Source: the human T2T-CHM13v2.0 reference genome, Homo sapiens. Taken from it: a stretch of DNA of 64,000 bases. A program made the translations under genes and the position numbers. Shown one piece after another: positions 12,121-26,600 of the stretch. The notes beneath the pieces were generated by a model. The model was not told the origin of the DNA and did no database searches. It saw only the letters and a program-made list of their open reading frames with translations. The DNA lies in NCBI RefSeq assembly GCF_009914755.1, contig NC_060941.1. One strand, given 5' to 3'. Numbering within the stretch: position 1 is the first letter of the stretch; each line of letters begins with the position of its first letter.

Positions 12121-15100
12121 TGGTTTGCAGCGAGGCTCATGGTTTCTGTGCCACTGTTTGAGCCTCTGGTCGAGCCCCTTGGCTCAGTGGGGGGCCCAGT
12201 GACCTACCAGCTGTTCCATTATATGTTGTGGACACCTCCACGGCCCACCTGGGTGGGAGGGAAGGGGCTTCAGGAGGTGGGAGGGGTACAGGGAACACAG
12301 TCCAGCCTGCTTGGGCCCAATACCTTGACCTTCAAGGTACCCCTTGAGGGTAGCATGAGGCTAAGCTCTTGTTCTCCTCCAGGACTCTGTTCCTGTGAGG
12401 GCCTCGGGGTCCCTTGCTTTTTTCTGGGGGCCTTGCTGGTCAGGATCACAGAGAAGCTCTTTGCTGTTGATCTTTCTGCCTCTGTATCTTTTGGCAAGCC
12501 ATTTTATGACTCAGTTGCTTTGTCTGTAAAATGGGTTGAATAACATTGTCCTGCCTCGGAGGGTTTTTGGGAGGATCAAATGAGACCTGTTGCACAGAAG
12601 CCCTTTGTAAGCCATGCTGACTGGCGGTCGCCGGGCCCCCAAGTGAATGGGCATCCGGGCACTGAGTGTGTGGACTCAGTACTCGGAAGGAGGGGCTGGG
12701 GGGTACCTAGAACTCCTGGGAGGCTTGGACCCCTGCTCTGCTCAGATTCTGAGCTTCTCCTTGGCCAGTTTAATTCCCATCAGTAGGGTGAGGGTAACCA
12801 GGACTTACGCATAGTTGGGCGAAGTCGAGTGACCACATGTGGAAGTCTAGCGTCCTTCATGCAAAGTGGGCAGGCGGCCAAAGTGAGCTCTGCTCCAGTC
12901 CCCCCACCCCCGGGGCTGTTCCTGGCGCCCTGCCCTCCCCCAGAGCCCCACTGACCTGCACCATGTGACCCGGGCCTGGGAAGATGGGCCCAGCTGTGGG
13001 AGGTCGTGCGGGCTGGGGACTGAGAGTGCCGGAGGAGGGCCTCCCAGGAAAACCCAGCTGCACAGGAAGCCGGGCCAGCGGCCTCCGGAAGCCTCTGGGC
13101 TTTGCAAGCTGGACTCCCCAGATCTGTGGCTGTGGGGCCCTCTCCTGCCTGCAGCTGAGAGCCCTTGACCCGCACCTGAGGGCTTCAGAGGTCCGGGAGG
13201 GGGATGTGACCGTGTCCCCAGGGTGAAGCCCACCCGAGTGTCACTCTGGATACAGCCCTCACCTCTTCCTGGCCCCCTCTCTGGTCATGGGGACGCTGCC
13301 TGGGGGGGGTTCCCTTACATGGAAGGAGCTGCAGCTGAGCTGGCGGGCCTCGCACACCCCCAAGGCCGCCTGACTTCCAGCCTCCAAGTGGGGTTGCATT
13401 CACCACTCAGGACCTGGAGCCTCAGCCAGAGAGGGACCCTCCACTGCCTCTTTCTCTGTCTCTTGGGAAAGGTAGGGTCTTTGTGCCCCCTCCCACCCAG
13501 GGACCTGGCATGTTGGGAGGCTAAGAGGAAGCTGCCCCCCGCTCATCTACCCCCCAACCCTCCCAGCCAGCAGAGTTTTACCTGTGTGCTTAGAATCTGT
13601 GCGTGGAGCCAGAAGTCACAAGGTTGGCCCAGCTGTGTCTGACCCTGGTTGTGCGGTCTTGGACAGTCCCAGCCCTCCTGGAGCTGAGCATCCTGATCTG
13701 TAGAGGAGAGGCTGCTGTGCCGGCCCCGCAGGGCCCTGTGCAGAGGGGAGTGTGTGCGGCTGTGAGTTCAGGCCATGCCCTCAGACTGGAGGATAGGATC
13801 GGAACAGTGGGTCAGGATGGCCAGAGGGTCCCAGCCTCAGGAGGAGGCCTCCACACCTCCCAGCACCTCCACACCAGGAAATGCAGCCAGGCCCCCAGGC
13901 CTCCCATGTCAGGAAGCAGCACCCCGCCCCCCACCTCTGGTTGCCTGGGCCTGAGAAGTTGAGCACTCCTCCCGAATCCGAGTGCCCTCTGACCCCTGCT
14001 TGGGTAGTTGTCCCTCCTGAACTGACCGCCTGTCCTACACAGTCCCCTGTGGTTTGCCCGACAGGGTGGCCAGCGAGTCCCCTGCACAGCACACCTCCCC
14101 CAGGAGTGCTGCCTGTGATGATGGTGTAAAGGGTGCCCCCCCGAGCCCCCGGAGGCATGCAGTGGCGCAACAGCGTGAGCCCAGGAGCCCCGGTGAGCTC
14201 CTGGATGGAGAATCTGTTCAGATCACTCCCCAGCCTAAACCTTCCCTGGGTGTCTGCTGTGCTTGGGGCGCTGACTCATCGTGGGGCGGCCTGTGAGACC
14301 CTACGTCACCTGGCCACTCCCCTCAGCCCCTGTTCACTGCACCGGTCCCCTGGCCTGGCTGCTCCTGGAACATGAGGGCTCATCCTCACGGAAGAATATT
14401 CACTTGTTCCCTCCTGGAAAGTCCCTCCCTAGACCTCCTGGCCGCCTCATTCAGGTCTTGCTGAAGCGCTGCCATCTTGGAGAGGCCTCCCTGTCACCCG
14501 CAGTTAAAACAGCCCTCCCATGCCTGTGGGTGGCTTTCTGTGGGGCATGGATGAGTATTGGAGAGTCTTGCCGTTTATTTGTTCATATGCCCTCTGGGAG
14601 GGCAGGGGACACTGACTTGTGTTGTGGGTGCCTTGCATGTCACGGGTGCTCAGTGAATGCCTGTTAAGCATTAGGGGAGCACAAAGGAGGGAAGCCTCTG
14701 TCCAACTGGAGCAGTCAGGGAAGACTTCCTGGAGGAAGTGGTATCTGGTCTGCTTAGAATGTGGCGATTTGTCTGTATGCAGACATTAGATTAGAGGGCA
14801 AAGGCCATTATCATAACTTAGCAGACAGCTACAAGCAGCTAAGGAATTGCTATGACATGGACTGCTCGTGATTGGAGCTAAGAAGGAGTCAGAGACAGAG
14901 GTCCCTGTGCTCTGGCGTGAGTCCTTGGGGGAGGCTGAGCTCCCAGAATGTGGGGCCGCCTGTGCAGAGGCCGGAGGTGGGAGACACACCTGTGAGTGCC
15001 GGTGAGTGTGGGGTGAGCCACTGGGGCTGGATCAGAAGATGGGAATCCCTAAACCCACCAACCAGCCTTGGTGCCCTGGGAGTGACAGGAGACGGGGCTT

Positions 15101-18100
15101 CTGGGGGACTAACCCAGCACAAGTGGACGAGATGGGATGCAGGGGAAAGGACAAAGCTCTCTGAGGCTTTGGGAAGCTGAGTTAGGGTAGAGCCATGACA
15201 GGGTGAGTTCCAGAAGCAACACAAGAAAAAATAGCTAGACTGGGTTTTCCCTTCACTGTGGGAGATGCCCCACCTCACTTCCCCCGTCCTCCGGGCTCTG
15301 GCAATGGGCTGGGCACAGTGAATGGGTTCCATCTGCAGGAGTGGTCACACCCCTTGGGCACAGCTGCCTCATACACTGTATTGAGATGGGATCCGAGGCC
15401 GGGAAGAACAGCTTCTTCTGTAGGTTGACATTGTCAGCCTTCGGGGAGGGAAGGACGGCAGGGGGCCTGGAGCATCTCCTTTTGCCATCCACACTCTGTG
15501 CCTGCCTGCAGGGTCTTGAGCCCTGTCTGTTCTGCCTCAGTCCTGGTCAGGAACTTGTTGGAGCCCATAGGGGCAGTCAGGCTGGAACAGGAGGAGACCA
15601 GGCCGGCAGGGGAGCCGAGAGGGGGCCCTGGACAGCACCCAGGGCTGAGTCATCCTGGGCCTGCCCGACTTGCTATTTGGAGCTGTTCCCGCTTGCTCAT
15701 CATGTGCAAGGTCCTGATCCACTCGGGTCTGTTTAACCAGCGCCCCTCCCCAGGCCCAGTTAGCCTGGTTTTCGTTCGATTCATTTATTGTCATCAGTGC
15801 CATCCTTGCACCACGTAACTAGCCTTTGCAGCATGCCAGCCACCAAGCTCAGGGCCCTCTGTGCATCTCCTGTAACCCTCACAGCAACCCGGGAGGCACA
15901 GAGAGGCTGAGTCGCTGGCCCATAGTCACACAGCAGGTATGGGGCATTGCCAGGATTTAGCCGGATCTCTGACTCCAGGGCCTTTCCAGGGCCTTGGGTG
16001 GGACACTGGCAAGGAAGCAAGGTATGAACACTGGCCCTGCCTTGGACAGAGCTCGGGGACGGTGGCCTGGCAGGCCCAGCTGACACAGTGACCCTGGTGC
16101 AGGTTCAACCATTGGCAAAGTGTTCAAGTACACACAGAATCTCAACTGGGGAGACAGGCGAAGCGGTCAAGGGAGGGCTGTGAGTGACAGGTGGACACTG
16201 TACCTACTGGCAGATCAGCTGACCTTGGTGCCTTCTGGAGCCTTTCAACTTCCTTATCCAGAAAAAGAGGAACTAACAGTTCCACCCCCAAACTGGGTGG
16301 GAGTACCACATTCGAAATTGAAGCAAAGCTGGTCGTGTCACAGGCTCGGCAGATGTTAGCTGTGCAGGCAACTTAGTGACCATTTGAAGTAGGCTGTGCG
16401 GCGGCATCCTCATCTTGCAGATGTAGTCCAGAGAGGTTAGGGCACTAACCCTGGGTCACACAGCGACAGCTCAGGCTACAGAGAGCAGTGCTGGATGGGA
16501 GGGTGTTGGCAGCTTCAGGCACAGGCTGGGAGGGCTGTGGGGTCAGCAGAGGGAGGGCACACTTCCCAGCTGGTGGGGTTCCCTTGTGCCTCAGTACTCA
16601 TGTGGGCCCAAAGGAGCTGGAAGGAGGGAGGTTAGAGCCACCCATGGGTTCAGAAGCTGATAAGCAGGTTATTGACTCTGAATTTGCCTCATCGTATGTA
16701 AATTGGGGACAAATTTGGGGATTTAATGATATAATGTAAGAAGCAGACATGTCACAGCCCTGGTTATACAGTCAGTGTATAATAAGTGGTAAGCCGTCAG
16801 AGGAGGCAGCCGGTGAGAATGGGAGCATCTCAGCAGCCCTCCGCCCCCTGCTCCTGGTTGCAGATGTACCTGTTCTTGGCTATTTGTGCCCCAGCTCCGT
16901 GTCCTCCGGTGTGTGTGAGGCCAAGCTCCTGGGGTGGGGACTTGGGGGTGTGTCTGCAGCTCCTGAGGCCAAGACCAAGGCTGAGGCCGAGGCTGAGGCT
17001 GAGGCCACCTTGGTGAGGAGGAAATTGCAGGTGGAGAAGCTCGTTGACCGTGACCTTGATCTGACCGTAATTTTGATGGTGCCGATGCCGTCAGCACGCA
17101 GGCCTCCTGCCCTCGCCACGACTGGCTCCTGCAGCCCACCTGGCTGAGAGGTGTGCTGGCTCTCGCAGGTTGCAAAATGGGGACATCACCGTCCGCCTGG
17201 GCTACAGCGTGCTCGCCGATTGCATTTGGGGAGGGACTGAGGGCTGATTGTGTTGTGGGGATGTTGGCAGAGAATCAGAGAGGGCATCCAAAAAGGCCAA
17301 CAGTTCGGTGGGGAGAGGAGGCGCAAGGCTGGTTCCTGTTTTCTGGGCTTTGATCGAAAGGGAACAGGGGACACATCTGGGGACAGTCTCCTTCCTGGAG
17401 GAAGAAGGGCTTAGGGTGCTGGTGTGGAGTTTGCACAGATGGGGATAATGAGCTGGAGGGTGCTGGGCAGGAGCTGGCCAGTAATAGGCTGACGAGGGAG
17501 GCCCTGCTGGCTGGGCCTGGTTTTCAAGTGAGCATCCTGAGCTGCGGGGACCCAGGGGGTCTTAGAGACCTCAGAGCTGAGACTCGGGACCACAGAGGGG
17601 TGGGCTGTGCTCAGGGCAACACAGCGGATGGGGCAGATGTTGCGAAACCTGTCTCTCTGCCTCTCTTTCTCCTGCTACAGAACTGGATCCTCCCAGCTCA
17701 TGGCTGTCAAATCCTTTAGATGCTTCTGGGTTCCATGGGCGCCTTACACTGGCTTCCCTGTAGGACAGCAGACCCTGGGGGTTGGCTCTGATGGTATTCA
17801 CCATGGGGTACCCCATGCAAGCACAGTGCTTTCACGCCCAGCCTCCCAGCCTGTGGAGTAGGCCTGTGTCTGGCCAGCCTCACTTTGTGGCCAGAGGAGG
17901 GAGACAGTGGTTCTGGAGACAGGAGCTGGCCTGGGGCTGCCCTCCCAGCCCCTGTTCTCCCAGCTCATCTCCTTGCCTTGCGGGTGCTGGCCACCCTCCC
18001 CCCGCCAGCTCCATCCCCAGCTTTCTCTGCCCGAGCCGTGACCTGTCAGTAGGGGGCAGTGGAGGCCTTGAAAGTCCTTGGAGAGGACTTTGAAGCAGTT

Positions 18101-18501
18101 TTTACAAATCTGTCCCTGGAAAGTCTCTCCTGTCACACCCCCAGCGGCTCCCTCCCTCCTAACATTTTTCCTGGGGTTGTCATGCAGCGGGGGGTGGAGG
18201 AACCCACTAGGCCGTGGATAGAGCAGAGCCATGTTGACACAAACCCTGGCTGAACCCACATGCTCCCTACAGCCAGCGGCCGATCACTGGAACCAGGGAA
18301 GTGACCTCATAGCAAGGGCCCGCAGAGCAGCCATCACGCATTCCCGATCTTGGTTTCTGGACCCAGCTCTGGAAAAGAAGCCAGATCCTAGCCACTTGGA
18401 GCTGCCTAGGGAAGACCCCAGCCTGGTGCCGGCTGACAGCTCACTGGAACTTTTCATCTGCTTGGCCAGGTGATGCCAAGGGGCAGAGGTTAGAAGTGCT
18501 A

Positions 18502-18822
<321 letters not shown>

Positions 18823-18861
18823 CTAAGAAGCATCTGTCTTCCTGATTGAAAAGCAATCTTT

Positions 18862-19133
18862 GCTGGGCGTGGTGGCTCACGCCTGTAATCCCAGCTTTGG
18901 GAGGCTGTGGTGGGAGAGTCGCTTGAGGCCAGGCGTTCGAGACCAGTCTGGGCAACAGAGGTGCTAGGGGTAGTGGCGCTTGCCTGTAGTCCCAGCTCCT
19001 CAGGAGGCTCAGGTAGGAGGATTGCTTGAGTTAGGAGTTTGAGGCTGCAGTGAGCTATGACCACACCACTGTACTCCAGCTCCTGGGTGACAGGATGAGA
19101 CCCTGTCTCAAAAAACAAAACACAAACAAAAAA
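18862..19133 (+). mobile_element. AluJ lacking the central A-rich linker
   Basis: Left arm runs directly into right arm at ~18960; CA-rich tail. Confidence 0.9.
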
Positions 19134-19354
19134 CCAACGTTTATCTTTTGTGATTTTAAAAATCACACCTACTTGTGACAAAATAATTAAATTAGAAAAT
19201 GTAAAGGAAATGATCAATAATAATTGCGTCCTCCAGACAAACACTGTTAACATGTTCACGTTTCCTTCTAGTCTTTTTCTACATAGACACTCAATACTTA
19301 TTAATTTGTTTTGAACTAAAGATGGTTTTCTCTGCTTTGTATGAGAACCACCTC

Positions 19355-19654
<300 letters not shown>

Positions 19655-19949
19655 GTTGCCACGTTGTCACCTCTCTCAGGGATTTTCATCCTTTCTACTT
19701 TTCGCCCAAGACTTGCCCTGTAAAAGGATGAGGCCAAATAGCCATGGGAGGGTGGTACTGGATGTTCAAAAAAATGTTTCGTGGCTGGCGGGACTTAGAA
19801 ACAGGTTGGGGAGGTTTCAGCAGAGGGTGGACCCCAGCTGGGGGTGGGGGGCAGCAGGGGGGCCCCTCACATGCTCTCTCTGCGTGTTTCATGGGGCTGC
19901 CTGTGAGGCCGTGTGAACCAGAGCCCGGCTGGGAAGCCACATGCTACCT

Positions 19950-20120
19950 GGACTCTGACCTTTCCTGGCAGCATGACCTTAGCCAATACGCTCAACTATG
20001 TTCCCCTCTGTAAAATGGGCTAATAGAAATGTCCACTCGAGACATGATGAGAAACAAAGGTGTTCATAGAGCAAAGTGCTTAGAACGGTCCTGGCATGAC
20101 AGGAGCCCACATGTCAGTGC
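19950..20120 (+). mobile_element. MIR
   Basis: ctctgtaaaatgggctaata...aaagtgcttagaacggtcctggca. Confidence 0.65.
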
Positions 20121-22859
20121 TGCCGTTGGCATCGTCATCATCACGGCGGCATTGGCTGCTTTGTTTCTCCCTTGTCCCTGTCACCTTCTTCCCTCAGCAG
20201 GCTCTCATTCACTTGTTCATTTATTCATGGCCGAGGCCCCGTCTGTGTCAGGCCTGGTGCTGAGAACGGGGGTAGAGAGATGGGGGCTGTGCCCTGCTCC
20301 CTGACCCAAGGGTTCCCTTTGCAATGTGAAGTTCTTGGAGACTGGACCCTCAGGCTGTTCCACCAGCCCCTCCTCAGGCCAGCTTAACCCTTCCGTGCTC
20401 GTTTTCTGAGCTGTTAGAGGAAGAGAGCGGGAGGAAGGATGGAGTGGGGTTTTTGTGGGGACTGAGCGGGGGGTGTGTGAGGCCCTGGAAATGGTGCCTG
20501 CGGCACTCACGCAGCATTAGCTTTTGCTGCAGTTGCTGTTTGGAGAATATTCTTGGATTTCAGGACACTGATGACAGAAGGTGGAACGCTTTTTCTGGAA
20601 GCCATCAAGAGGGGACCACCGCGGCGGCTGAGCAGAGTTGCTGACTTGTGAGCTGTGGCCTGACCACAGTCACTGTTCTCATGAGCGAGGCCCCCTGTGG
20701 TCCCCCTCCCAGGAATTTCTGGCCCCTTGGCAGGGGACAGTTCAGGGCTGGGGGTGGGTAGTGGTGTCTGCAGGCCCTCTTGGAGTCAGAGAATCCCCTG
20801 TCGCCGTGGCGGGGCTGTTCCCTCCTGCCCCTCCCCTCCCGCTGTGCTCTCAGCTGCTCCGACAGGATGCTTTTGGCCTGAGAGACAGAAACCCCAACTC
20901 TGAATGGCTTCAGCCCTCAAGAGAATTTGGAGCTTTTTTGTGCAAAATGAGATGTTCTGAGCATCGAGGATGCTGTGGGGGATCCTCCATCCCACCATCT
21001 CCAGCCGTGGTGTCCCTCTCGGTCACAGGATGCTGCAGCCACGTTGCAGGGAAGGAGAGCCTCCCTTCCTGTGAGCCTAGGGAGCCCCTCCATGCAGCCC
21101 CTTCACTGGCCATTGCCTGAGACCCGACCTGGTGGCTCCTGCCCCAAGGAGCAGAAAGGGGGTTCGCTAGGTCAGGGTGGGGCTGGGTGCGAGGACCCCC
21201 CCCGGCCAACAGGGTCTGCTTAGGTGTCCGTCCTGTTGGGGCAGCAGGGAAGGGACCCACATGTGGCACTGGGACACGGAGAGGCTTTTGTGCCTGTGAC
21301 GGCCAAAAGGGATGGCGCCCCAGCCACGTTCCCACCCACCCCGAGGCCCAGCATGGCCATGCCGGAAATAGCAGCATCGTCCCCCTCACTGTCCTGGCTT
21401 GCTTTCAATAGGCCAGAGGGGTGGGGCTGGAGCGGGCGTCTGACCTGTGGCTGGATCTAGCTGCCCGTGGACAGGCTGTGAGTGAATCTGCAGAGGAAGG
21501 GAGATGGGAATGCCGGGACCTTCTCCTGCACCTCCCGAACCCCCGTTCCCTGTGAGTTAGATGGGGAGTGCACCCCTGCCCTCCCCTCCTGGGTATCCCC
21601 TGCGCCCCCCGCCCCAGGCACTTGATGTTGCCTGTTCATTTTCCCTCTCTGCCCCTCCCGCTGGCCCTTCCCATATGGTCCTAATTAGGACCTTCCGCCC
21701 ATTGGTGGATGGGCAGAGAGGGGAGCTTGCTGTGGGGCCTCCCCCGATCGGGGGACTTCCCAGCACAGAGCTTTCTGGCCTCTGCAGGGACGCTGTGTGT
21801 GCCTGTGTGAGTCTGGCGTGTTAGAAGCGCTAAGCTGCAGCTGTTCTGTGCGTTTTTCACATTTCTCACTTCTCAAAGGCCCTGGGTTTGGTGTCTGTGG
21901 GCTGGGGATCTGTGTTGGGGTCTCCAGGAGGCCCTTGGTGGGAGAGGCAGGGCCCCTTCCCCTTTAATCTGGGCAACCTTGCTTTGGCCTGCTGTCTGCG
22001 GAAAGTGCCCTAGGATACGGTGGCAGGACTGGCTGGGGTTCTGGCTCCAGGCCCAGCCCCAGCCCCTGTCAGACTTACCCTCCTTGTGCCTCCGTTCACC
22101 CTGTCCACCCGCAGGGCCTGCAGGAGCATCCTGAGAGTTGGTAGGGTGGCCTGCCCGGCGTCCGCACAGGGTCTGCTGGTGGGTGGCTGAGGCTGCGGTG
22201 AGGTCTCCATGGCTCCCTCGTCCTGCACATCCTTCCCTTGTTGTGTTGTCTCGCTAGCATATGAGCCCGTACTGCCTCTGAGTCTGCAGCCTGTTTTCCT
22301 TACCAGGTGGCTAAGCAGGGTGGCAGCCAGGGTGGCAGAGTCCCATTGGCCTGCAGGGGACCCTCTGTGGGCTGCAGGTAGTCCCCTGTGGTTGAAGGTG
22401 CCCTGGCAGGACCTGCACCATGACCCCCGTCAAAGCTCACGTCCAAGGCATTTGTGGGCACCCCCGCCCCAGACGTGAGGGTTGGCATCTTCTCTTGCAC
22501 GTGAAGCAAAGGCCTGTTTGAAGGAGCGTGTGGAAGCCTGGGTGTGATGAAGGCAAGGACCGGTGGCTCACCCCTCTTGCACCTGGACCTTGGGTGGCAG
22601 GCCTGGGGCCTTCAGTCCTTAATTCAGGAGGGTAGCCAGTCGCTGGAACTAAGAGTGAACTTCAGCTGTTGTTGCCATAGCTGGAGGGAAGAGGGGAAAG
22701 GAGGCGCTGCAGGGGAGCAGAGACCTCACCCTTCCTCTGCCGACATCAGGCTGCCGGTGCTGGACGGGGCCCTGGCAACCGTGGCAGGAGTGGTGATGTC
22801 CGATGATGGTAACAAGGGCTTCCTGAGGACCCCGAGCTGTCTTAAGGGCTCTTTACCTG

Positions 22860-23050
22860 GAGTAAGTATCCCCTTTAATCCTCCCAACAACACTGTGAAA
22901 TTGATTCTGTTGTTATTCCCATTTCACCGATGAGGAACCCACAGCCCAGAGATGTTAAGTAACCTGCCCAAGCCTCCCTCTGAGCATGGCAGAGGGAGGG
23001 TCCGAATGCGGAAAGTCTGGCTTCAGTGCCCCCATCCCTAACCACTGTCA
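22860..23050 (-). mobile_element. MIR
   Basis: tttaatcctcccaacaacactgtga...cccatttcaccgatgaggaa...gttaagtaacctgcccaag. Confidence 0.75.
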
Positions 23051-26000
23051 TTTACCTCTTCGGCCAGCCCTCTGATTGCAAAACCTGAGGCCCAGAGGAG
23101 TGCAGTGACTTGGCCAGCTTCGCACGGCAGGTTAGTGGCAGAGCTGAGCAGTGTCTCCCATGCCCTGATTCTGTGGCTTCTTGAGGTGGCTCACCCCTAA
23201 ACACGCCCCCCATGGTGGCTCTGTTTCCTCCTCTCCTCTGAACCTGCCAGCCTGTGCTCAGGCAGGGGGAGAAGTAGAGCAACCATGCCGGGCGGGTCGT
23301 CGTGCCCCAGTGCCGCCTGCCCTACACCTGATTGGCAGCAGAGTGGCCCCTCCTTGGTGTGGTCTGGAGGTGCCAGTGGTCACTCATCAGCACAGCCCAG
23401 TCTCACACATGTCACTCCCAAAGGATGTTGACACAGAATGAAGCAGCTAGGGGAGGCGGACGCTTTGGCACGAGGGTGGCGTTTCTGGTAATCCGTAGTG
23501 CTGTTGTCTGTGGCTGCCTTTGGCTGGCATCTCACCTCCTCCTGGCTGTCCTGCAGCCACCTGAGGGAGGTCAGCATGTCGCCTTCATCCCAGGACAGTG
23601 TGAATGCAGCAGCGCAAGCTTGCCAGCGCCGCACTGCGGGATCTGGAGGCCTTTGCTCCTGAGCCCTGCCTCTGTGTAATCCCTAAAGCACGGACTTCTT
23701 AGGGGCTTCCATTCCTCCACCTGGAAAAACCTTACACCGTTTAGGGCTTGAGGCAGGGCTAGAGCATGGAGACGTTGCTGGAGGACCAAGGGAGAACTGA
23801 GCGCGTGTTCTCTTGGCCTCAGCCTCGTGTGTGTGTTTATGCATGGGTACTTTGCCATCCACACTGGCTTCCACGGCTGGGTGGGAGTTGAGTTGAGCTC
23901 GGCGGCTGCCTTTCCACCCTGCGGGCCTGGTTGGGGAGTGTGAGGATGCCTGCTGGAAGCCAACGTGCACGAAAGAGTTAATGGTGGATCCCATTTCCTC
24001 AGCCCCCTCTCCAGCTTTCCCAGGGAAAGGGCAGGAACAGAGAGGCCTTATCTTCAGAGGAAGGGGTGGGCGGGGACACAGCGCTGTTCGGCACAGTCCC
24101 CTCTGAGCCACCCTGCATGTTTCATTCCACCGACTTCTGCAGCCCAGCTGTTCAGAGCGGATCCAGAAGGTGGAGAGAGGGTTTCCAATAAGCAGAGGAT
24201 GGAGTGAATGTGAGATTCATTACTGGGATTTGGCAAAGCAAAGAGCCTCACTTTCTCCCCGCAGATGGGACGGGGGCGGGGCTGGAGCCAGCGGGGTGGG
24301 GGTATCCAGCAAGAGCTCCTTCCCATCCTCCCACTTCCTTTGCCATGGGCCCCCTCCTCCACGCAGACCCTCAGCCTGGAATGATCAGTGTCCAGCTTTT
24401 CTCGCCCCTCTCCTGCCCCGCTGGAGGGAGTGACCTGGCCCCTGGCCCCGGCCACCTACACCTCCTGTTTTGCTGCACTAGCCTCGTGGTAGGGGCTGCG
24501 GCGGAGGTGGGCAAAAGCCGCTTCCGGGCAGCCAGCCCCCATCCTGGGAGTGACTGAAAGTCCTTGGGGGTTCCTGCAGGGTGAGCTGCCCATTCTGGCC
24601 CTGGTAAGGACACCCAGGAGAGGGCCAGGGTGCCTGTATTTGGGGCACAGCATAAAGAACAGCCGTAAGTGTTTCTCAGGCAGGAGGGTGCCGAAGCATT
24701 GGGAAGCTGGGATTTAGAAGCATTGTTTGGGGTGGTGAGTGGAAGATGCAGGACACAGATTCACGCGATTGTGCAGATCACCTGGCCTCACTCCCTCGGT
24801 TTACAGTGGAGGAAACTAGAGGCCGAGAGAGGTGAAGTGAGTTCCCTGGGGTCACACAGCCTAGCCAGGCCCAGGGCGCCGACCTCCTGCTCTGCCTTCC
24901 CGTGCCCATTCGGTTGGCATCAGCATCCCTGCCTTGACACCCCCGTGTGGCAGCTGCTGTGATTCTGTGACTCCTCCTCACCCCACCCCAGTGGGGCCCT
25001 GCGAGGGAAAGAAGAATGCCCTATGCAGAAGTGGTTGGAAAGCAAGAAGCCTGGAGAGAAGTGAGGCCTCTGTGGTTTGGCCTGAGTCCAGGACTCATGG
25101 CCTGGTTCCCAGGGATGGAGCACCGACCCCTCCCTTCTACACCCCCACCCCACGCCCCCAGGAGCTCCCTATGGGGAAGCCGGAATGGACCTGGGCTCAG
25201 AGATTGTAAATTCATCTTGCTGGATGTGTGGCTGCCTTTATGTAACCAACTCTCTCACGGAGAAGCCAGGGGATGGCTCTCAGTACTCTCGGGGGTCTCT
25301 CAGTGAGGTGGGAGGACCTCGAGAGGTCAGGAGGCTGCTCAAGACCTTCTGCCCCTCAGGGACCAGGTGAGGGCTTGTCGACTGCTCTGACCTCCTGATG
25401 CTTCTGGTGGGGAGACCTCAGAGGGGCCTGCCGTCACCATCGCCAGTGGCCCTGGCCTGCCCAGTCATCCTTCTGGGGTGGCCAAACTCCATGCTGCAAA
25501 AGCCCAAGTGAACCCCAGTAGTGGCCTGGGAGAATCATCTGTCACGAGCCAAGGATGGAGTTTCTGGGGAGGACTTTCTGCTGCCCCCCAACCCCTTTCG
25601 GGTACATTCTCCTGTAGCCCCACTCCCTGTAAGAAAGTCAGGTGCCTCCCGAAGCTTCTCCCTGGCCCCAGGCCAGAGGTGACAGTGGGGGCCCCTTGCT
25701 TGCGCTGGTGACTGTGGCTGGTTGTTGGTGCCTGGCCCTGCCCTGCACTGTGCACCCATTGAAGGCGGCATCATCCGGGCCTCTCCGGTGGCCATGCATG
25801 GGTGAGCAGCCCACGACACATCTGCTTCCAGCATCGTGTGGGCCGGGGCTTTCAGAGGGGCTGAGGGCTTGGATGGCCCTGCAGGGGGGTGCTCCTGGCC
25901 TTGTGACCGAAAGGAGCTGAAGGTTTGGAGAAGCCGTTGGGCCGAGGTCAGTTCTTATAGATTTGGCGAGGAGGGAACAGATGCTCACGGAGCTGCTCCA

Positions 26001-26179
26001 GGCACTGCACACACTGCCTCACTCTGCGCTGACAGCCAAGAGGCTGGTTCCCCGCCGACCCCCATTTTACAGATAATGTGCTCCCCCAGTTCCTTAGTGG
26101 TGGAGCCAGGATTCGAACCCACGCAGGCAGCCTCCTGGGCCTGTAGTCCTACCCTTCATCTCCCTCCAGGACCTATGTC

Positions 26180-26600
26180 TTGGGGTTGGCAGGATAATGA
26201 CTCCCAGAGTTGAGCACATCCTAATCCCCAGCACCTGGGACTACGTTAGGTGACATGGCAGGGCCAGCTAAGGTCACTAATCAGCTGGTCTTAAAATAGG
26301 GAGATGATCCTGGATGATCCACACGGGCCCGCTGTCATCACAAGAGTTTTTAAAAGCGCAATAGACCATCTGAGGGGTGCAGTGGGAGAGGCTTGGAAGG
26401 AGGAAGGAGGCCACAAGCCAAGAAATGCAGGTGAACAGAAAATGCAGGAAAACGCAGTCTCCCCTGCAGCCTCGGGAGGGTGCGCAGCCCTGTGGACACC
26501 TTCCCTGTAGCCTAGTGAGGTGGAGTGTGGGACTAATCTGTGTTGTTTGACATCACAAGTGTGTGGTCATTTGCTACAGCAGTGATGGGAATTGAATGCC
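26180..26600 (+). mobile_element. MLT1D-like MaLR solo LTR
   Basis: ggcaggataatgactccca...catcctaatcccc...atagggagatgatcctggatgatcca...tgtgtggtcatttgctacagcag. Confidence 0.8.

Noticed and set aside
26095-26125. tRNA-like ggattcgaaccc motif
   Set aside because: It is the tRNA-derived head of an antisense MIR; no cloverleaf
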